From Phycisphaerae bacterium (GTDB lineage: Bacteria; Planctomycetota; Phycisphaerae; Phycisphaerales; UBA1924): a stretch of 64,000 nt of DNA. The first letter of the stretch is position 1. Each line of letters begins with the position of its first letter. Positions 1 to 8,570 of the stretch are shown here, piece after piece. The notes beneath the pieces are model-generated. The model was not told the origin of the DNA, did no database searches, and saw only the letters and a list, made by a program, of their open reading frames with translations. Position numbers and translations under genes: made by a program. The stretch is taken from NCBI GenBank assembly GCA_030426395.1, contig JAUHYE010000002.1, positions 960 through 64,959 of the forward strand, read 5' to 3'.

Positions 1-1
1 C

Positions 2-751
2 CTGGCCGACCAACCGCTCGTCGCGCTCGCGATGGGCCCGGCGGGCGTGGCCTTCCTCGACATCACCGATACCGCAAACCCAAGACTCACGGGCCGGTTC
101 GGCGCGTCGACCGACGCACGAGCCGTCGAGGTTCGCGGGAACCTCGTCTTCGTGGCCGACTACGAGAGTGGCCTGTACGTGCTCGACGCCACCAACGCCG
201 ATCGACCGACGATCGCCGCCCACCTGCCCGGCATGCAGGGTGGCCTGGCCATGACAATCGACAGCGACCGGCTCTACTTCACCGAATCCGTTCGCGGTAT
301 GTGGACATTCGATATCTCCACGCCGACGGCCCCGCGACTCATCGGCCAGCAAGACCTCGGAATCCCCGTCAACACGATGGCCGGCGCGAGTGGCAATCGC
401 CTGCTTCTCGGCGGCGATTCGCTGTATTACCTCGACACCACCGACCCGGGCAACATGGTCCGCCTGGCCGCGTGGCCTGTCGATCTCTACTTGGGCGCCG
501 CAGCGGTTCGGCTGGATGGCCAGATTGCCGAGGTGGTCGAACTCGGCGTCCGAACGCTCGCACTCGGCGATTGCCCGGTCAGGTGCCGCGCCGACCTCGA
601 CGGGGACGGCGAACTGACTATTTTCGACTTCCTGGCCTTCGGCACGCTGTTCGACGCGGGAGACTTACAGGCCGACTTCGACGCCGACGGTGCTCTGACT
701 GTCCTGGATTACCTGGTGTTCCTCAACGAATTCGACGCGGGGTGCCCGTGA
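2..751 (+). CDS. secreted beta-propeller protein (LVIVD-like repeats), 5-prime end outside window, C-terminal 55-aa Cys-bounded double dockerin/EF-hand-like module
   Basis: Frame is open from nt 2. Repeats of the type VFVADYESGLYVLD and LYYLDTTDP. C-terminus CRADLDGDGELTIFDFLAF...DADGALTVLDYLVFLNEFDAGCP. Stop TGA 749-751 overlaps the next ATG. Confidence 0.75.
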   Translation: MADQPLVALAMGPAGVAFLDITDTANPRLTGRFGASTDARAVEVRGNLVFVADYESGLYVLDATNADRPTIAAHLPGMQGGLAMTIDSDRLYFTESVRGMWTFDISTPTAPRLIGQQDLGIPVNTMAGASGNRLLLGGDSLYYLDTTDPGNMVRLAAWPVDLYLGAAAVRLDGQIAEVVELGVRTLALGDCPVRCRADLDGDGELTIFDFLAFGTLFDAGDLQADFDADGALTVLDYLVFLNEFDAGCP

Positions 752-2163
752 TGCAGATCAACACAACCAAGACCCAGTTGCTCGCGTTCTCCGTATTCGC
801 CGGAGTCGTAACGCTCGCCCAGGCCCAGACACAGCTATTCCCAGTCCAGACCTTCGGCCCGGTCGAACGCTGCGACGATCCGGACCTGAGCGCATTCTCG
901 CCCACGCTCGCCGGCGACGGCGACACGCTCGTCGTGCCCCAGATTGGCGCGACGCGTGGTAGCCAAGCGGTGTCCGGCACGGTCCAGGTTTGGCAGCGAG
1001 CAACGGATACGACTTGGACCTTTATCGAAGAGGTCATCGGCCCCGTCGACGACGCAGAGCGATTCGGCGCATCGATCGACATCGCGGGCGACTCCATGAT
1101 TGTCGGTGCTCCCGACGCGGGCCGCGCGTTCCTCTACGAGCGATCGAGCGCGGGCACATTCGAACTCGCCCACACCTTCGAGCCACCCGACATCCCGGGC
1201 ATCTTGTGGTCACGCTTCGGCACCGCCGTCGCCCTCACCGATCACACCGTAGTCATCACCGATTCCCGCGCGTCGGCGCTTCCCGACCGAGGCGGCGCGA
1301 TTGCCATCTATGAACGTGACGGCGATGGCTGGCGGCTCCTGCTGGCCGAGGGCGGGCCCAACCGCGGCTCAAATGCATTTACCTCGGTCGACGCCGAGGG
1401 CGAGTTCGTCGTCACCACTGTTGCGCCGGTTTCGGCCGCGGACATCCCCGGCGGCGTTCGGCTGTACGACCTGCGGACCCTCACGCCGTCGACATGGCAC
1501 TTCGACATGTTCGAGCAGACCTGGCCCGCGGCCGTCGCCATCAGCGGAGACCGCATGGTGGCAACCAAGGCGGGAGGCTCATTCGGCTCGGACCTGTGCG
1601 GCACCATCGTCACGTTCAAGCGCGTGCCCGGCGGCAGCTTCCAGGTCGAGGGCACGCTGACACCCAACTGCGGCGCACGCGGCGCCGACATGGGAATCCG
1701 GCTAGATTTGCAAGGCGCCAGGCTCGCGGTCTTCGGCCGCGTCGACATCGGTAGCACGTTCGGCTGGCCGGCCGCGATCGTGTTCGAGGATCACCCGGAC
1801 GAAGGCTGGACGCAGGATGAAGCCTACCGCAGGCTCGCCTCGGGCTCGGCGGCCTGGGGGTTCGCCGGCGAGAACGGCTCGGTTGCTTTCGTGGGCGGAG
1901 ACCTGGTCATGGGCGTCCGCGGCTGGGGCGCACGGCAAACCGCGTGCACCGACGCTGCTCGCGGGCTGGTCAACATCTTCGAACTCGACGCCGGGTGCCG
2001 CGCCGACCTCGACCGCGATGGCCAGCTCACTATCTTCGATTTCCTTGCGTTCACGTCGCTGTTTGAAGGCTTGGCCCCCGAAGCCGACTTCGTACCCGAC
2101 GGCGAGTTCACGATCGCGGACTTTCTGGCCTTCCAGAACGAATTCGACGTCGGGTGCTCGTAA
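751..2163 (+). CDS. secreted FG-GAP-like repeat protein with C-terminal 55-aa dockerin-like module
   Basis: ATG at 751 (TGATG overlap with upstream gene) gives signal peptide MQINTTKTQLLAFSVFAGVVTLAQAQ. FG-GAP-like FGASIDIAGDSMIVGAPDAGRAFLYE. C-terminus CRADLDRDGQLTIFDFLAF...FTIADFLAFQNEFDVGCS. ORF part 301-750 overlaps gene 1 and was discarded. Confidence 0.8.
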   Translation: MQINTTKTQLLAFSVFAGVVTLAQAQTQLFPVQTFGPVERCDDPDLSAFSPTLAGDGDTLVVPQIGATRGSQAVSGTVQVWQRATDTTWTFIEEVIGPVDDAERFGASIDIAGDSMIVGAPDAGRAFLYERSSAGTFELAHTFEPPDIPGILWSRFGTAVALTDHTVVITDSRASALPDRGGAIAIYERDGDGWRLLLAEGGPNRGSNAFTSVDAEGEFVVTTVAPVSAADIPGGVRLYDLRTLTPSTWHFDMFEQTWPAAVAISGDRMVATKAGGSFGSDLCGTIVTFKRVPGGSFQVEGTLTPNCGARGADMGIRLDLQGARLAVFGRVDIGSTFGWPAAIVFEDHPDEGWTQDEAYRRLASGSAAWGFAGENGSVAFVGGDLVMGVRGWGARQTACTDAARGLVNIFELDAGCRADLDRDGQLTIFDFLAFTSLFEGLAPEADFVPDGEFTIADFLAFQNEFDVGCS

Positions 2164-2211
2164 CACGCTGACGTTTCGGAAAACCCAAAACGTACCGGTA
2201 CCGCCTCTCGA

Positions 2212-3882
2212 TCACCACGGCGGCGTGTCGTCGTCCGCATCGAGATAATCGGGCTTGCCGTGGTCCACGCGCTCGTCGAAGGGCCGGTTGTCCGCCGCAC
2301 GGTCGGCCGTTGGGGGGCGGTGGCCGAAGGCCGATCCGCCAGCCATGGGGGCGGCATCGCCCTTGGCCTCGAAGCTGCCCACCGGCTCGTCCTTGGCCCA
2401 GGTGTCGTTGCGTGCGTAGCCTGCGCGGTTCTTGAACCGCGTTGTGTGGTTGTCCCACACCAGCTTCACGATGCCGGTCGGGCCGTTACGCTGCTTGGCG
2501 ATGATCAGTTCGGCCTCGTTGACGCGGTCCTCGTTCTCTTCCATCCACGCCGGATCGCTCAGGTGGTAATACGCCTCGCGGTGCAGCAACAGCACGACGT
2601 CGGCATCCTGTTCGATGCTGCCCGACTCGCGCAGGTCGCTCATGCGCGGGCGGTTGCCCTCGCGTTGCTCGCTGCCACGATTCAACTGCGCCAGGCAGAT
2701 CACCGGCAGTTCCAGCTCGCGCGCCATCGCCTTGATGCCACGGCTGATCGTGCTGACCTCCACCTGCCGGCTCTCGCGCCCGGCGCTCGGGGCGGTCAGC
2801 AGCTGCAAATAGTCGACCACCACGCAGCGGATGCCAAACCGCTGCTTCATGCGACGCGCCCTGGCACGCAAGGCCGTCACGCTCAACGCTGGTGAATCAT
2901 CGATGTACAGCGGCGCACGCTCCAGCGTCTCGCACGCGGGGCGGATGCGATTGACCAGGTCGTCCTGGCTGAACTGGCCCGTCCGCAGCTTGTGGCTGTC
3001 CACGCCCGAGTACGCGCTGATGAGACGCTGCACCAGGCTGCTCTTGCTCATTTCCAGGCTGAACACGCCCACCGGCACGCGCTCGTCACCCGCGGGCGCG
3101 AACGGCGTCGCCCCGCCCATCGCGATCTGCTCGGCAAGGTTCAACGCGAGCGCGGTCTTGCCCATCGAGGGGCGGGCCGCGATGATGATCATCTCGCCGT
3201 CCTGCAAGCCGCTCAGAGGCTCGTCCAGATCGTTGAAGCCCGTCTTGAGCCCCGTCGTCGCTCCGGCGTCGCGGTCGGCGATGCGCTCGTACTCGGCCCG
3301 CAGCAATTCTTCGAGCTTCTGGATGTCCGCCGACTGGTCGTCGTCGGCGATCTCGAAGATGCTCTGCTCGGCACGATCGATGAGCTGCCGCGCCTCCTCG
3401 GGCTCGTCCTGCCCGGCGTGCATCGCCTCGTGCACGATCTGGTTGGCCGCGGCGATCAGCTTGCGCAGGCGGCTCTTGGTCTGCACCAGCCTCGCGTAGA
3501 TCGCCGCGTTGTTCGGCGTGCTCACGGCCTCGGCCAGGCTCGCCAGATATGCCGCCCCGCCGATGGCCTCGAGTTCCCCCCGCTCGCGCAGGCGGTCGGC
3601 CACCACGTTCAGATCGGCCTGCGGCTCGCGCTCGTAGACCTCCTTCAGCACGCGGAACACCGTCGCGTTGCTCTGGCGGTAGAAGTCCTCGGGCACCGAC
3701 ACCAACGGCAGTATCTCCGCCAGCGTGTAGGGGTCCAGGATCACCGAGCCCAGCAGGGCCATCTCGGCCTCGGGCGCATGCGGCGGCAGCTTGTCGTAAA
3801 CACGCGACAGGTCGATCGCCGGCGGCCCACCATCAGGACCACCCTTGCGAAACCCCTGTTTTCCCTGCCCGTTCGCGTCCAT
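2212..3882 (-). CDS. dnaB: replicative DNA helicase DnaB with about 71-aa acidic C-terminal tail
   Basis: N-terminal PPHAPEAEMALLGSVILDP. Walker A ARPSMGKTALALN. RecA-like core through SGSIEQDADVVLLLHRE and AELIIAKQRNGPTG. ATG at 3882. Confidence 0.95.
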   Translation of the reverse strand: MDANGQGKQGFRKGGPDGGPPAIDLSRVYDKLPPHAPEAEMALLGSVILDPYTLAEILPLVSVPEDFYRQSNATVFRVLKEVYEREPQADLNVVADRLRERGELEAIGGAAYLASLAEAVSTPNNAAIYARLVQTKSRLRKLIAAANQIVHEAMHAGQDEPEEARQLIDRAEQSIFEIADDDQSADIQKLEELLRAEYERIADRDAGATTGLKTGFNDLDEPLSGLQDGEMIIIAARPSMGKTALALNLAEQIAMGGATPFAPAGDERVPVGVFSLEMSKSSLVQRLISAYSGVDSHKLRTGQFSQDDLVNRIRPACETLERAPLYIDDSPALSVTALRARARRMKQRFGIRCVVVDYLQLLTAPSAGRESRQVEVSTISRGIKAMARELELPVICLAQLNRGSEQREGNRPRMSDLRESGSIEQDADVVLLLHREAYYHLSDPAWMEENEDRVNEAELIIAKQRNGPTGIVKLVWDNHTTRFKNRAGYARNDTWAKDEPVGSFEAKGDAAPMAGGSAFGHRPPTADRAADNRPFDERVDHGKPDYLDADDDTPPW

Positions 3883-3924
3883 GCGTGCTCCGAAGATTCG
3901 CCAGGGGTCAGCGTACGATCAATC

Positions 3925-4695
3925 ATGACCTCAGGACAAGAAGGCCAGAACGAGAACATGCAAGAGACCCGCGCCACGGGTTCGCAAGCCCCTTCCGATG
4001 CGCACTTTTCAGGCCCGCTCGATTCCATCCACGCCTATGGCACGACCAACGATGAGCAACTGCCCGACAAGCTTCCACAGAACCCCTTCCCGACCTTGAA
4101 CGAGTGGGTCGAGTTCGCCAAGCGCGAGCGCGTGCAGCCCAACCCCACCGCCATCGCACTTGCGACAGCAACCGACAAGCTGCCCAACGTCCGCGTCGTC
4201 CTCTGCCGCGGCATCGACATCGACGCGGGCGCCATCTGGTTCTTCACCAACGGCCAGAGCGCCAAGGGCAACGACATGGCCGCGAATCCCCACGCCGCCG
4301 CCGTGTTCCATTGGGACGCTCTCGACCGCCAGGCCCGCGTGCGCGGCATTGTCGAGCCCCTGCCCGCCGCCGAGAGCGACGCCTACTTCGCCAGCCGAAG
4401 CTGGGAGAAGCGCGTGGGTGCCTGGGCCAGCGATCAGAGCCGGCCCATCGAGTCGCGCCAGGCGCTCGTCGACAAGCTCACCACCACCCTCGAACGCTTC
4501 GGCATCGACCCCAAGAACCCCCCGCCCCACGGAGCCGACCTGGACATCCCCCGCCCCCCCCACTGGGGCGGCTTCCGCATCGTCGCCACCGAGGTCGAGT
4601 TATGGGTCGGCAGTCCGGCACGCATCCACGACCGCGCCCGCTGGACGCGTTCCAGCCAGAACGATCCCTGGTACGCTACACGCCTGCAACCCTGA
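3925..4695 (+). CDS. pdxH: pyridoxamine 5-prime-phosphate oxidase
   Basis: In-frame ATG at 3925. Motifs PNVRVVLCRGID, FFTNGQSAKG, SRSWEKRVGAWASDQSRP and C-terminal HWGGFRIVATEVELW...RLQP, typical of PdxH. The upstream part of ORF 2992-4695 is antisense to dnaB. Confidence 0.9.
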   Translation: MTSGQEGQNENMQETRATGSQAPSDAHFSGPLDSIHAYGTTNDEQLPDKLPQNPFPTLNEWVEFAKRERVQPNPTAIALATATDKLPNVRVVLCRGIDIDAGAIWFFTNGQSAKGNDMAANPHAAAVFHWDALDRQARVRGIVEPLPAAESDAYFASRSWEKRVGAWASDQSRPIESRQALVDKLTTTLERFGIDPKNPPPHGADLDIPRPPHWGGFRIVATEVELWVGSPARIHDRARWTRSSQNDPWYATRLQP

Positions 4696-4816
4696 CCCCC
4701 GCCCGCACAACCCTCACCACCCACCCCCCTTCCCTCCGATCCCGGCAAGTCGCCCCCCGCCACCCGCCGATGGTCTGCTGGCAGCGCCTGCCCAGCCGTG
4801 GGCGCGGGGGAACGCC

Positions 4817-6055
4817 GTGGCAGGGAAGGTCCGCGCCAACCTGAGCAGCGCCGAGGTCGAGGCACTCACCGACCTCCTCATGCGCAAGCTCGATGCGATG
4901 ATCATCGAGACCCAGCCCGAGGTGGCCGCACGCCTGCTCGAACTGGTCTCCGACCCCGACGCCGGGCTCTCGGACTTCGCCACCGTCATCCGCACCGACA
5001 CCGCCCTGAGCGGCCGCCTGCTCCGCATGAGCAACTCGGCCTACTTCGCCCAGCGCGAGCCCGTCACCACCCTCGAGCGCGCCTGCGTGCTGCTGGGCAT
5101 CAATCGCATCCGCGCCCTGGCCCTGGGTTTCTACATGAGCCGAGCCATCGACGCGGGCGGCGAGAAACGCTACGGCCGCCTGATGTGGGGCAAGAGCCTC
5201 TTGCGCGCGTGCTTCGCCGCCAAGCTGGCCGAACGCATTAAACCCAACCTCTATGCCGAGGCATTCCTCATCGGCCTCATGCTCGACGCGGGCATCCCCC
5301 TGGCCCGCACGCTCATCGGCCCGTCGCAGTTCGACGCCGCCTGCCCCGCCAACCAGCCGCCGTCGCGATCGTTCAAATGCGAGGCCGAGCACTTCACCTA
5401 TACCCACATCGATATGGCCCGCGCCCTGATGCGTCGCTGGCGCGTCCCCGACGTGCTGGCCAAGCCCATCCTGTGGCACCACAGCCCGCCGCAGAACCTC
5501 AAGAGCACCGAGCCCGTGCACGTGCTGCACCGCGTGTCGTTCTACGTGGGCGCGATGCACATCGAACACGAGCCGCCAGCCGCCATGGCCGTCCCCCTGC
5601 CCACGCTAGGCCAGAAGCTCACGAGCCTGACCGGTGACCAGATCGGCGCCATCTTCGCCGACGCGTGCAAGGAATACGCCACCGTCCGCGAGTTCTTCGG
5701 CCAGGTCGCCGACGGCATCACCGACATCGAGGCCCTGGGCATGCGCGTGCACGGCACACTCACGAAACTCATCGAGCAGTCGATGGAAGAGGGCCTCAAG
5801 CAGGACTCGGGCATGCAGGCGGGCCGGTTCCAGTTCCACTCGGGCTCCATCGAGGTGCTCAAGGATCAGGAAGACCCCGATTTTGCCGTCGCCTACATCA
5901 TCGATCAGGCCGGCCATCGCCAGGCCATGCACCGCTTCCCCATCGGCTCGGCCACCGCCGCCGACGTGCTACTCGAACTCAGCCTCGAGCAGGACGACAT
6001 CGACAGCGCCGAACTCGAGAGCATGACCGACTACCTTCGAGCGATCGCGGCCTAA
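4817..6055 (+). CDS. HDOD domain-containing signalling protein
   Basis: HDOD-like VSDPDAGLSDFATVIRTDTALSGRLLRMSNSAYFAQREPVTTLERACVLLGINRIRALALGF. Start is either GTG 4817 or ATG 4880. The Pro/Arg-rich upstream ORF part overlaps pdxH. Confidence 0.8.
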   Translation: MAGKVRANLSSAEVEALTDLLMRKLDAMIIETQPEVAARLLELVSDPDAGLSDFATVIRTDTALSGRLLRMSNSAYFAQREPVTTLERACVLLGINRIRALALGFYMSRAIDAGGEKRYGRLMWGKSLLRACFAAKLAERIKPNLYAEAFLIGLMLDAGIPLARTLIGPSQFDAACPANQPPSRSFKCEAEHFTYTHIDMARALMRRWRVPDVLAKPILWHHSPPQNLKSTEPVHVLHRVSFYVGAMHIEHEPPAAMAVPLPTLGQKLTSLTGDQIGAIFADACKEYATVREFFGQVADGITDIEALGMRVHGTLTKLIEQSMEEGLKQDSGMQAGRFQFHSGSIEVLKDQEDPDFAVAYIIDQAGHRQAMHRFPIGSATAADVLLELSLEQDDIDSAELESMTDYLRAIAA

Positions 6056-8565
6056 TCCGCTACCTCGCCCGCCGGAATCCGTCGCGCACGCCGGACCATC
6101 AGGATCAGCTCCAAAGGCCCGAGCGGCCGGTGCCCCATCGACCGCCGCATCGCGCCAAGCCGATACGCGTGGGCCCACTGCCTGCTCATTACCTCGATGG
6201 CCCACCACCATGTGCGCGTCGGGTCGTACACGTTGGTCGCCTCGGCCGATGAGCCGTTCAGTTCGATCACGCTGAACCCGCGCCCGGCCTTCAGCTCTTC
6301 CTCGTCGCTGTAGCGAATATCGAAGCGCCCGATATCCAGCCCGCCCGGCTGGCCATCCATCCCCGGGAATCGCCGGCAGATGCCATCGATCACGTCGGTG
6401 AGCGCATCGGTGATGAGGTCGGCCCCGTCTTCGAAGCGGCAACCCTGCGCGTGATTGCCCGCGAGCCCCATCTTCACCCGCTCGCCCTCAGGCGGCACCA
6501 GGTCGATGGCCTTGCCGAACCGCTTGGCGAACACCGGCTCCTGCACACGGAAGCGGTCGTCGTTCAGCACGAGTTGCCGCAGCGTGCGTTTGCCGTCCCC
6601 GACGATGGTTGGGAAGATCTTGCGCGTGACCGCGAAGATCTCGCCCTCACGACCGTGTTCGTCGGGCTGGCCGGGCTGGCGCAGCCGAACCCAGAACAGC
6701 CCGACCTCGTGGGGCGCCGGGTCGTACTTCTGGATAACCATGTCCGTGCGCACGCGGTCGATCTGCTCGCGCACGTCCTGCGTGTTGTGGCACACGCGCA
6801 CGGCCCGGCCCTGCTCGCCGCGATCGGGCTTGATGACCACCGGGTAGCCGCCCAGGTCGGGCCGCAGCTTGAGCAGCTTCTCGACGCGGGCCAGCCGCCG
6901 CTGCGGATCGCTGTGCATTCGCAAAAGGGCTGTGGGCAGCAACGGCGCACCCGCCTTCTCGAGCGCACCGGCGATGGTGCTCTTGCGCTCGCCCACGAAC
7001 CCGCCGGCACCCGCGATGCCCGGGTTGGTCGCCGTGAACACGACGGTGTGCCGATACCGCAGCGCCTGCGTGACGAACGTGGGCGTGAGGGACGCGTAGC
7101 TCACCCAGCTCGGCCAGAACTCGTGGCTCAGCCACCGCCACACCTGCGCGCGAATGCGCTGGCGTCCGATCCGCGTCCACATGCGAGGCAGCATCCAAGT
7201 AAGCGGTGCCGCCAGCACGATCACCACCAGCAACGCGATCACCCCATACCGCTCGACCGCCCACCACCCGCCAAAACGCATGAACAACCAAGCCGGGAAC
7301 AGCGCGATGATGCCCACAAACAGGCACGTCACACGCCGCCACACACCCGGCCCGCGGATGGCGATCGCCACTGCGAGCCCCACGCTTGCCACGCCGTAAT
7401 CGACGTACATCCCCGCGACCAGCGCCGCGACAATCACAAGCCCGACACGCCACCACGCCACCGCGATGAGTGCCACGACCAGCGCCTCGAGCGTCCAATG
7501 CCGCGTCCGCAGCCATGTAGCGCCGCTGTCGAGCGCGCGGGTGACGACATTGTGTTCCACGTGAGACGCAACGTCCACGGTCGCGCGCACGGGAATGGCA
7601 GCCGGATCCTCGTACGCGCGCACGAACGCGGCGATGTGCGAAGCGAGCACCTCGGGCTCGGTAAACGGCAGGATGTGCCCGCCGTCGAGCCGCACCAATG
7701 TCGAGCGAGGCGCGAGCTTGTGGTGCTCCTCTGCGGCCCACGGTGCGACCAGGAAGTCCTGCTGGGCCTGAATGATCAGCAGCGGCTCGTCAAGATCACG
7801 CAGCACCGTGTCGAGGTGCCGCTGGTCGGTATGCATGAAGTTGCGGATGAACGAGTACCAGAACGTCCGCGGCCCCAGCAACCCAAAGTGTGGCACCAGC
7901 TCGACCGCCCCGAACACGCCGACGTACCCGAGCGCATACTTGGCCTTCTCGAACAGGTAATCGCCCGAGCCCTCGGTCCGCTGCGCGCCGGTGGCCATCA
8001 TCATGGCCAGCGACGCTAGGTCCACCCGGGAGCCATCATCCAGCTCCGACATCTCCAGCACGACCGCCCCACCGTTGCTCCAGCCGAGCACATGGACACG
8101 TTGCGGAGCTTTGCCCTCGGCGTGCAATTCCTCGAGCAACGCCAGACACGTCCGCGCCATCGCTCGGGCCGACATGTCCTGGACCCACGGCTCCGAACCG
8201 CCGAACCCCGGCAGATCGACCGCGATCGAATCGATGCCGCGCTGCGCCAGTGCCGGGCCGAGCGCCTGGAAGTTCGTCGCATCGCCCGGCGAGCCGTGGA
8301 TCATGAGCACGAACGGCGCCTCGGGCTGGCCCGACTGCCACGCCATGTACGCGACGCGCGCCTCGTCTCCCTCGCGCACGCCTTCGGCGGTCATTTCGGG
8401 CAGGGTGACTTCGCCAGACGGCGTGGGCTTGATTGCCACCATCAGCAGCGTGGGGTCGAGCTCGTAGACCACGTGCGAAATCAGCAGCAGCGCCAGGTAC
8501 ACCCCCAGCACCACACGCCGATGCACGCGCCGCCTGGGCTTGGTCCAGTGCTCGGTGCCCCGCAC
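6052..8565 (-). CDS. fusion protein: N-terminal TM anchor + alpha/beta hydrolase + multi-TM segment + C-terminal ATP-grasp ligase domain
   Basis: Hydrolase part HGSPGDATNF...VDLPGFGGS...HVLGWSNGGAVV (nucleophile elbow GWSNG). Hydrophobic helices occupy the middle. ATP-grasp-like part YPVVIKPDRGEQGRAV...VIQKY...VIELNGSSAEATNVYD. Start set to GTG 8565, just after the rlmN stop; GTG 8526 is the alternative. The ORF start at 8772 would overlap rlmN by 200 nt. Confidence 0.7.
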   Translation of the reverse strand: MRGTEHWTKPRRRVHRRVVLGVYLALLLISHVVYELDPTLLMVAIKPTPSGEVTLPEMTAEGVREGDEARVAYMAWQSGQPEAPFVLMIHGSPGDATNFQALGPALAQRGIDSIAVDLPGFGGSEPWVQDMSARAMARTCLALLEELHAEGKAPQRVHVLGWSNGGAVVLEMSELDDGSRVDLASLAMMMATGAQRTEGSGDYLFEKAKYALGYVGVFGAVELVPHFGLLGPRTFWYSFIRNFMHTDQRHLDTVLRDLDEPLLIIQAQQDFLVAPWAAEEHHKLAPRSTLVRLDGGHILPFTEPEVLASHIAAFVRAYEDPAAIPVRATVDVASHVEHNVVTRALDSGATWLRTRHWTLEALVVALIAVAWWRVGLVIVAALVAGMYVDYGVASVGLAVAIAIRGPGVWRRVTCLFVGIIALFPAWLFMRFGGWWAVERYGVIALLVVIVLAAPLTWMLPRMWTRIGRQRIRAQVWRWLSHEFWPSWVSYASLTPTFVTQALRYRHTVVFTATNPGIAGAGGFVGERKSTIAGALEKAGAPLLPTALLRMHSDPQRRLARVEKLLKLRPDLGGYPVVIKPDRGEQGRAVRVCHNTQDVREQIDRVRTDMVIQKYDPAPHEVGLFWVRLRQPGQPDEHGREGEIFAVTRKIFPTIVGDGKRTLRQLVLNDDRFRVQEPVFAKRFGKAIDLVPPEGERVKMGLAGNHAQGCRFEDGADLITDALTDVIDGICRRFPGMDGQPGGLDIGRFDIRYSDEEELKAGRGFSVIELNGSSAEATNVYDPTRTWWWAIEVMSRQWAHAYRLGAMRRSMGHRPLGPLELILMVRRARRIPAGEVAD

Positions 8566-8570
8566 CCGCG

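Noticed and set aside
301-750. N-terminal 150 codons of ORF 301-2163. Comparable 5-prime extensions occur in ORFs 8571-9965, 9658-10716, 13570-14400, 20212-21093, 38378-39247, 49393-49539 and 58918-59307.
   Set aside because: These extensions overlap neighbouring genes or are Arg/Pro-rich. Internal starts give proper signal peptides, RBS motifs or stop/start coupling.
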